A model generated the notes under the pieces. That model was given only the letters and a program-made list of their open reading frames with translations, had not been told where the DNA came from and ran no database searches. Shown here in pieces: positions 10,627 through 20,161 of a DNA stretch of 32,901 nucleotides (the stretch's first letter is position 1; each line of letters begins with the position of its first letter). A program made the position numbers and the translations under genes. Source of the DNA: an uncultured Burkholderiaceae bacterium. GTDB lineage: Bacteria > Pseudomonadota > Gammaproteobacteria > Burkholderiales > Burkholderiaceae_D. Location: assembly GCA_964568305.1 (NCBI GenBank), contig CAZMPS010000001.1, positions 1-32,901 of the forward strand. The letters are read 5' to 3'.

Positions 10627-11973
10627 TCACCCCAACCGCCCAATTTTGCTACTAGCCGCTTCAACATGCCGCTGCAACTCCGTGACGCAAGGTGCAAATC
10701 GCTGGCTGAATTCTGTTGAATCTATGATGCGAGTCAAAAACACACGTGCCAGTTCTTCTGCGCGGCGCCAGGTTTCGTTAGGCACGCTGGCGTGAATGTT
10801 GGCCTCTAACAGTGTGTCAGGCCGCTCGCCGCTACTACGGGGGGCGAAGGCCATTGGTGTCATGTCATACGCTGGGGCAATGTGATAAGGGCGTCCCTGT
10901 TCGGAGATGAAGGACAAGTTGCCGCTGTGCATGTCGGAGTTGCCGATCAGGGTGCCAAACGCCCATAGCAAGTTGGCGCTTTGCGCTGCTTCTGGCGTGA
11001 TTTGGCCGTCAGTCGCAAGACGGCGAGTGATGATAGGCCAGCTGGCTGTGCCTGAGCCGACGAATTCGGCATCTAGCGCTGCTAGTGAGATCAACGCACG
11101 CCGGCCTAGATCACCCACGCGGTCAAAACGTTCGACTTCCAGAAAACGTTGGTTGCCATGGTTGACTATGTGTGTGCTGGCAGCAGAGATGCCAGCATCG
11201 CGCAGTGTGCCTAGCGCCAGATGTTCAGCCAGCAGCAAATCACGCCAGCGTTCGCTCACGGGGCTTTCTTCCAGCGTGCTGAATTTCACAATCACATGCC
11301 GTGCGCCTGTTGGTGTCATGGCAAAAGCGGTGAATTTCGGCTGTTCGCCACCTGCGGATGATCCGGGTTTCTCGCCACTAGAGGTTGCTAGCGCCAGACT
11401 GGCATATTGCACGGCTTTTTGCTCTTCCGCGATGGGTTCTGCGGGCGTTGCTGCCAGAAAACGATCTCGTGCCATATCGCCAAGCAGCAGATTACCCACC
11501 ACATCATGACCATGCACCAGCAAAGCTCGCAGTGCGTGGCTATCGTTCCAATCCTTGAGCCCCGACGGCAGCCCAAGTTCCGCACCATAACGGGCAGCGT
11601 ATGCCCGCCCAAGATATCCCTGTGGCCGCATATCAAACAACCACCACGGCAGGCCTTGGCTATGCAAGGTCACGCCATCTTCTTGCTGCATGACAAACCC
11701 TTCCGGGCATACCGGTACCAATGTGCCTAAGCGTTTAATTCGACCTTCTGCATCAACCCGATAAATAGCAAAATCTGAGAACCCACGCGCGCTATCCTGC
11801 AACGCATAGTGAATAGATCGCGCTGCCCCAATCCGAATGATGTCATCCCCCAACTCAGCCAACGCACGCGCCATCGTCGGCTGGCTGACATTGATCTTCT
11901 CAGCCAGCTGCCGAGCGGACAATGGCCCACGAGCGAGGTACATGCGGATGGTGTCTATACGAGGGAGTGACAT
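10627..11973 (-). CDS. yjjJ: YjjJ/HipH-like protein: N-terminal HTH domain fused to a HipA-family kinase
   Basis: 448 aa. N-terminus LARGPLSARQLAEKINVSQPTMARALAELGDDIIRIG (HTH). Then WWLFDMRPQGYLGR, Gly-rich loop SSAGGEQPKFTAF, VERFDR, catalytic loop IGNSDMHSGNLSF and APAYDMTPM. Size and layout match E. coli YjjJ (443 aa). Confidence 0.8.
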   Translation of the reverse strand: MSLPRIDTIRMYLARGPLSARQLAEKINVSQPTMARALAELGDDIIRIGAARSIHYALQDSARGFSDFAIYRVDAEGRIKRLGTLVPVCPEGFVMQQEDGVTLHSQGLPWWLFDMRPQGYLGRAYAARYGAELGLPSGLKDWNDSHALRALLVHGHDVVGNLLLGDMARDRFLAATPAEPIAEEQKAVQYASLALATSSGEKPGSSAGGEQPKFTAFAMTPTGARHVIVKFSTLEESPVSERWRDLLLAEHLALGTLRDAGISAASTHIVNHGNQRFLEVERFDRVGDLGRRALISLAALDAEFVGSGTASWPIITRRLATDGQITPEAAQSANLLWAFGTLIGNSDMHSGNLSFISEQGRPYHIAPAYDMTPMAFAPRSSGERPDTLLEANIHASVPNETWRRAEELARVFLTRIIDSTEFSQRFAPCVTELQRHVEAASSKIGRLG

Positions 11974-11987
11974 GTTAGGTTAGTTTG

Positions 11988-12083
11988 TGAATAAATGTTT
12001 GAATATATTTATGAATAATTTTATGAATAGATAAATGAATTATATTATGAATATATTTGTGAATATATTTATGAATGGATATT
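11988..12083. repeat. Eight tandem, exactly phased 12-bp direct repeats (consensus TGAATAtATtTa)
   Basis: TGAAT starts at 11988, 12000, 12012, 12024, 12036, 12048, 12060 and 12072. Units 2 and 7 are identical (TGAATATATTTA) and unit 6 differs from them by 1 nt. Units 1-7 fill the gap between hipA (stop 12069-12071) and the yjjJ-like start (11973). Unit 8 encodes the last four hipA codons (NIHS). Confidence 0.95.
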
Positions 12084-13310
12084 GTAGGAAAAAAGACGAT
12101 CCTGCAACAGTTCGTGCAACTCCGGCGTCAACATCGGTGTGATTTCCACGAAAGCGTCTTTGATGTGTTGATACGTGTCTTGGAGTTCCTGCTCGGCTTG
12201 CTCCTTTGTCTTGATCCCAAAATATCGATGGTCAGCCAGAAGCGCGTTTCCACTCACGTCGGTTTGCCCTGCAGAAACCTGCATGGTGAGCTTCTTGGGA
12301 TGTTCATCAGGATTCGGTACCACGTCGAATGCTGGCGATAGACGCCACCGGCGTTCGTCATGCTGGTAAACAACTGCATGATTGCGTGGATGGTCATCAT
12401 CGTTACCGACGATGGCATTAAAAATCATGCGACGAAATAGCTCTAATTGATCCTCCGCCGGCGCACCAATCTGCTTTAACACCTCAGCCAAGCGTGGATA
12501 GCTGGCGCCCTCGCTATCGTTTTTTGACAAGAATGGATAGTGAATTTGTAGCAGCGAAGCGCAACTGATCGTCATCATGCGTTGATTGCCGCGCCGATCA
12601 AATCGCTTGACCCGAACAACGCTACGCCCAACAGACATCGGATGATGATGGGTTTCTGCAAAATTCATCCCAGCTTTGCGGCCCCACAATTGGGTTGCGT
12701 GCTCAAGAAGTGCAAGATCCACGGTGTCGGTATGCAAGCCGGGTTTAACAAGCCAAAAAGTGTCGCCATCTTGCACCGTCGCTTTGGGTCTGGCGCCACC
12801 CATGCTGGGCGTGGCAAATAATCGTTTGCGCAAGGCTGGATGCACAGCGGGTTTTGATTCAGTCAATGCAGTCAGCTCAGCAACCAAGTCATCTACCCGA
12901 TTTAATTTGGGACTCGCAAGGTGAGCGACGCTGGCTTTTTTGGAAGTGCCAATCGCCAATGCGCCCCAACGATCACCATTGCCAGCTTTGATGAGATAGT
13001 CCAACGCGGTCGATTTTTCCGACAACCCCTCTTTTTTCCTCAGCAGCATTTGCCCCCAGGCATCTGGACCCGCGTCGCGCAATACGTCGAATAATCCCCC
13101 ATATCGTCGTGCGATATGCACCTCGCCCTTGATGAGCGGAAGATTGACAGGATCAATCGCCCATTTCAGCCCAGCGTCGAAGTAGCTCGGCGCATACACG
13201 AACTCGCCGATGTCGCGCATATGTTGATAACGCCCCACCACAACCCACTCGCCATTGTCTGGCCTTTGTAGATAGACATACAGGTCCTGAACCCGATTAG
13301 AAATAGTCAT
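12069..13310 (-). CDS. hipA: HipA-family Ser/Thr kinase toxin, module 3 (canonical hipBA)
   Basis: MTISNRVQDLYVYL start at 13310; the track start at 13403 is an extension into hipB. Motifs are DAGPDAWGQMLL, Gly-rich loop SMGGARPKATV, VKRFDR, catalytic loop GNDDDHPRNHAV and SPAFDVVPN. Confidence 0.85.
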   Translation of the reverse strand: MTISNRVQDLYVYLQRPDNGEWVVVGRYQHMRDIGEFVYAPSYFDAGLKWAIDPVNLPLIKGEVHIARRYGGLFDVLRDAGPDAWGQMLLRKKEGLSEKSTALDYLIKAGNGDRWGALAIGTSKKASVAHLASPKLNRVDDLVAELTALTESKPAVHPALRKRLFATPSMGGARPKATVQDGDTFWLVKPGLHTDTVDLALLEHATQLWGRKAGMNFAETHHHPMSVGRSVVRVKRFDRRGNQRMMTISCASLLQIHYPFLSKNDSEGASYPRLAEVLKQIGAPAEDQLELFRRMIFNAIVGNDDDHPRNHAVVYQHDERRWRLSPAFDVVPNPDEHPKKLTMQVSAGQTDVSGNALLADHRYFGIKTKEQAEQELQDTYQHIKDAFVEITPMLTPELHELLQDRLFSYNIHS

Positions 13311-13626
13311 CGTCCATACTCCTATCCCTATTTCCACTTGCACGCGGCGCAGCCGATTGCATTTCCCATAAATGCCCCTCCAAACGCGGCGCGGCATGAT
13401 CAAGCAAACCTAGAACATTCAGCGCAGCCAGGTACAAAGACGCAGCAGCGGCAGTATCGCCATTCTCAAGACGCCGCAACGTTGGACGCGAAATACCCAA
13501 ACGACCACACAAATCTTCCGCCGTCATACGCAACGACACACGCTGCTTACGTATCGTTGCCCCCCACGTCTGCAGTCTTTCCACTACGCTGCTGGGGATA
13601 TCACCTGCGGTTCTTTTTTTCTTCAT
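13297..13626 (-). CDS. hipB: HipB-like XRE-family HTH antitoxin
   Basis: 109 aa with MTAEDLCGRLGISRPTLRRLENGD (HTH). It lies immediately upstream of hipA on the same strand and overlaps it by 14 nt (ATGACTATTTCTAA). Confidence 0.8.
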   Translation of the reverse strand: MKKKRTAGDIPSSVVERLQTWGATIRKQRVSLRMTAEDLCGRLGISRPTLRRLENGDTAAAASLYLAALNVLGLLDHAAPRLEGHLWEMQSAAPRASGNRDRSMDDDYF

Positions 13627-13736
13627 ATGTGTATTTTTATGGAATTTATTATTTACATTGTATGATGTTATGGAAAATTTATGTTACTGTTTTAATGAAT
13701 AACTATAAGTGATGGACGTATTTTTTAGGAGCGTTT

Positions 13737-13967
13737 ATGCGCAAAAAAATGACTATTACATTGGATGAAGCTGTTTATGACGGACTTTATAGAGTTGTTG
13801 GGAAACGCAAAATCAGTCAATTCATCGAAAATTTAGTCCGCTCTTATGTCGTCAAAAATGATTTATTAGAAAGTTATCAGGCGATGGCAAAAGATACCGA
13901 ACGCGAGCGCGAGGCATTGGAATGGAGTAATGACTTGATTGGGGATGTAACCGATGCTGCGCGGTGA
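13737..13967 (+). CDS. Ribbon-helix-helix (CopG/Arc-like) antitoxin paired with the MazF/PemK-family toxin
   Basis: 76 aa. MTITLDEAVYDGLYRVVGKRKISQFIENLV has the RHH strand-helix-helix pattern, followed by an acidic C-terminal half. AGGAG lies 6 nt upstream of ATG 13737. Confidence 0.7.
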   Translation: MRKKMTITLDEAVYDGLYRVVGKRKISQFIENLVRSYVVKNDLLESYQAMAKDTEREREALEWSNDLIGDVTDAAR

Positions 13968-14276
13968 GGTATGGTGGGTAGTTTTGATCCGGCAATGGGT
14001 GGGGAAATTCAAAAAACTCGCCCTGCCGTTATCATCAGCAACAACGCGGCAAACACTACCTTAAACAGAATTCAAGTTATTCCATTAACCAGTAATACTG
14101 GACGACTGTACGTCAGTGAGGCTGTTGTTAGCGTAAAAGGAAAATCCAGCAAAGCAATGGCTGATCAACTCACTACAGTGGCTAAAGAACGGCTCAAGGG
14201 TAAGCTGGGGGCAATTTCAGCGCAGGATATTGAGGCGGTAGAGCGGACCATTAGGATTCAGCTTGGGATGGAGTGA
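13954..14276 (+). pseudogene. mazF: MazF/PemK-family endoribonuclease toxin, frameshifted near codon 10. The longest intact ORF is 13971..14276.
   Basis: ATG 13954 overlaps the antitoxin stop and reads MLRGEVWWV, the canonical MazF first strand. The family body FDPAMGGEIQKTRPAVIISNN...IPLTSN continues in another frame (track ORF from 13971). The two frames differ by one nucleotide at the T-run 13982-13985. Confidence 0.75.
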
Positions 14277-14354
14277 TCGGGACAAGCAAAATATTTACAT
14301 TGAATGTATCTACTTCGTCTTAATAAGTAGTTTTATTGCTCTGTTTTACCCACA

Positions 14355-14404
14355 AAAACATAAAACGCCCCGCAAATTTCATCAACTTGCAGGGCGTTTT
14401 GTCC
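14355..14404. terminator. Rho-independent terminator downstream of ssb (usable in both directions)
   Basis: Stem AAAACGCCCCGCAA (14362-14375) / TTGCAGGGCGTTTT (14387-14400) with one mismatch. T/A runs flank it on both sides. Confidence 0.75.
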
Positions 14405-14427
14405 TTCACAGACGTTTTTATTGCGTT

Positions 14428-14943
14428 TTAAAACGGAATATCATCATCCATATCCGAAAAGTTCGGTGCTGGTTTTGGTGCAGGCGCTGGGCGTGCAGGC
14501 GCGTTGTTTTGATTATTGTTGTTGCTGTAATTATTGTTCTGATTGTTATTCTGATACGGCGCAGCGCTGCCGTAGCCGTCGTCCATTGGTGCGCTGCCCA
14601 TTCCTTGGCGGCTGCCTAGCATTTGCATGGTGTCGGCGCGGATGTCGGTTGCGTATTTTTCTATGCCGTCTTTGTCGGTGTATTTACGGGTGCGTAGACT
14701 GCCTTCTATGTAGACTTGCGAGCCTTTTTTGAGGTATTGGCCGGCGATTTCGGCTAATTTGCCGAAGAAGGTGATGCGGTGCCATTCGGTTTGTTCTTTC
14801 TTTTCACCGGTGTTTTTGTCTTTCCAGTTGTCGGTGGTGGCGACGGTGATGCTTGCCATGGCATCGCCGCTGGGCATGTAGCGCATTTCTGGGTCGCGGC
14901 CTAGGTTGCCGACGATGATTACTTTATTGACTGATGCCATCAC
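14428..14943 (-). CDS. ssb: Single-stranded DNA-binding protein
   Basis: N-terminal OB fold [20 protein letters not shown], a disordered linker, and the canonical acidic tail DMDDDIPF. Confidence 0.95.
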   Translation of the reverse strand: MMASVNKVIIVGNLGRDPEMRYMPSGDAMASITVATTDNWKDKNTGEKKEQTEWHRITFFGKLAEIAGQYLKKGSQVYIEGSLRTRKYTDKDGIEKYATDIRADTMQMLGSRQGMGSAPMDDGYGSAAPYQNNNQNNNYSNNNNQNNAPARPAPAPKPAPNFSDMDDDIPF

Positions 14944-15093
14944 GCACTCCTTCGTTTTCTATTGTCTGTTTTCCGTTGCCGGGGCGATTCTACGACGATC
15001 GCCAAAAGCCGCTATAGTAGCAGGTTAGCTTGTTTGTCGGCTTGTTTATCCGCAACAGTTTATTCATTCCTCATTGAAAGCAGAAAGCAGTAC

Positions 15094-18222
<3,129 letters not shown>

Positions 18223-18227
18223 TCAGC

Positions 18228-18749
<522 letters not shown>

Positions 18750-18811
18750 CTAAATAGCTGCCAAATTGCAGGATCAGAAAAGGCCGCATTATGCCTGAAA
18801 AAAGGGGAAGC

Positions 18812-19453
18812 TCAGTTGGCCTTTTTGCGCTGCAACAAGTGATAAAACACATTGCCAGCTTGATCGGCACGCACGATTTCCCAATCAGCCAAGTAATCTG
18901 GCGTAGTTTCCATTTCGTTTTCAAGCGGCGTGCCAGATTCCACATACAATAAGCCATCTTCGGTCAGTAATTGCGTGCAGCTAGGCCAAATTTTGCTTAA
19001 GCATCCTTGTTGATATGGTGGATCCAAAAAAATCATATCAAAACGTTGCCCACGTTTAGCCATCGTTTGCGCAATGGCGCAGGCATCGCCATGGAGGATG
19101 GTGGTTTGCTCTGCCTGTAATTTCGTTTTCGTTGCATTCAATTGCTGAATCACGGGTGAGTAGTAATCCACCATGGTAACGCTCGCCGCGCCGCGGCTGG
19201 CGGCCTCAAAACCCAGTGCGCCTGTTCCTGCAAATAAATCTAATACGGCTCGTTGGTTCCAATCTTGATCAACAATATGGTTGATCCAGTTAAACACCGT
19301 TTCACGCACGCGATCTGGTGTTGGGCGCAAACCAGCGGCTTCTAGTACCGGTAGATTTGTGCGTTTCCACATTCCACCAATAATGCGAACCTGGCGAGGC
19401 GCGGAGGATTGTGTATGCGTATGCCTGTTAGATGTAGATGTTTTTCTTTGCAT
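18812..19453 (-). CDS. rsmD: 16S rRNA (guanine966-N2)-methyltransferase
   Basis: RIIGGMWKRTNLPV, DLFAGTGALGFEAASRGA and FLDPPY motifs. It is adjacent to coaD, as in many proteobacteria. Confidence 0.85.
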   Translation of the reverse strand: MQRKTSTSNRHTHTQSSAPRQVRIIGGMWKRTNLPVLEAAGLRPTPDRVRETVFNWINHIVDQDWNQRAVLDLFAGTGALGFEAASRGAASVTMVDYYSPVIQQLNATKTKLQAEQTTILHGDACAIAQTMAKRGQRFDMIFLDPPYQQGCLSKIWPSCTQLLTEDGLLYVESGTPLENEMETTPDYLADWEIVRADQAGNVFYHLLQRKKAN

Positions 19454-19584
19454 GTTGAATTAATTTGATTCTTCAGTTCTGTTTGATTTAAGTTGGAAAA
19501 TTCAAAAATCTCAAGGTATAAGGCTTATACTGCCTGCTTGCTCTTTGCGTCACTTCGTTTCTCAATTTTTCAAGGAGTATCAAT

Positions 19585-20031
19585 ATGAAACATCTTGTCG
19601 TTTCGCGACATCGCCAATCTGCGCAAGCGGGCCTGACATTGATTGAATTGATGGTGATTATCGCCATCCTCGGTGTTTTTGCTGCACTCGCGGTTTCCAG
19701 CTATCGAGATTATTTGGTGAAATCACGTTTTCCTAATGTCAAATTATCGCTTGAGCCAATCAAGACAGCGATGACTTCATGCTTGCAACAACACGATGGA
19801 TCATTGGTTGCATGCGACAGCTTCAAAAAACTGGACGTTATGATGCCAGCACCGACGGAAGATTTGGCTAGCGTTAGTATTGCCAGCAATACTGCGGTTA
19901 TCACTGCAACAGCAACAGCACCTGTCGGTGGATACACCTACATTTTGACGCCATCGGTTACCACAACAGGAGATAAGAAAGTTGTTTTTAAAGTGTCGGG
20001 AACTTGTATTGTGCAAGGAGATATTTGTTGA
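19585..20031 (+). CDS. Type IV pilin-like protein (prepilin N-terminal cleavage/methylation domain)
   Basis: QAG/LTLIELMVIIAILGVFAALAVSSYRDYLVKSR has Glu at +5. There are two Cys pairs, including a C-terminal CIVQGDIC loop. AGGAG lies upstream. Confidence 0.8.
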   Translation: MKHLVVSRHRQSAQAGLTLIELMVIIAILGVFAALAVSSYRDYLVKSRFPNVKLSLEPIKTAMTSCLQQHDGSLVACDSFKKLDVMMPAPTEDLASVSIASNTAVITATATAPVGGYTYILTPSVTTTGDKKVVFKVSGTCIVQGDIC

Positions 20032-20077
20032 TTGCTTAGATATGGTTTAAAGATTGCCATATTTAAAGCCAAGATTT

Positions 20078-20116
20078 AAAGCACCTTATGCTGAAAAGCC
20101 TAAGGTGCTTTTTAAT
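20078..20116. terminator. Rho-independent terminator after the pilin gene
   Basis: Stem AAAGCACCTTA (20078-20088) / TAAGGTGCTTT (20101-20111) followed by a T-run. Confidence 0.75.
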
Positions 20117-20161
20117 ATTCTTAAACATCAACAAGTTTGTGTGTGACATTAGTGCATGACA

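Noticed and set aside
11988-12083. Whether the 12-bp repeat array could be a CRISPR array or a coding repeat
   Set aside because: The units are contiguous with no spacers, far shorter than CRISPR repeats, and non-palindromic. Stop codons occur in the relevant frames except for the last unit inside hipA. It is kept as a tandem-repeat finding instead.
14263-14732. Two overlapping Cys/Arg-rich plus-strand ORFs (118 and 103 aa)
   Set aside because: They are the antisense reading of the repetitive Asn/Gln-rich ssb linker and C-terminus. The low-complexity composition is an artefact of that repeat.
14944-15093. Possible LexA/SOS box in the divergent ssb-uvrA promoter region (cTTGTttatccgcaACAGt near 15040-15058)
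   Set aside because: The left half-site is TTGT rather than CTGT, and the spacer is 9 nt rather than 8. No better CTGT-N8-ACAG match is visible, so this is too weak to call.
19454-19584. Sigma-54 (-24 GG / -12 GC) promoter upstream of the pilin gene
   Set aside because: GG and TGC elements are present (AAGGCTTATACTGCCTGCTTGC), but their spacing does not fit TGGCAC-N5-TTGC in any register.
20046-20081. Three TTTAAAG heptamers (20046, 20062, 20075) downstream of the pilin gene
   Set aside because: Short AT-only motif with irregular spacing (16 and 13 bp) in AT-rich DNA just before a terminator. This is consistent with chance.
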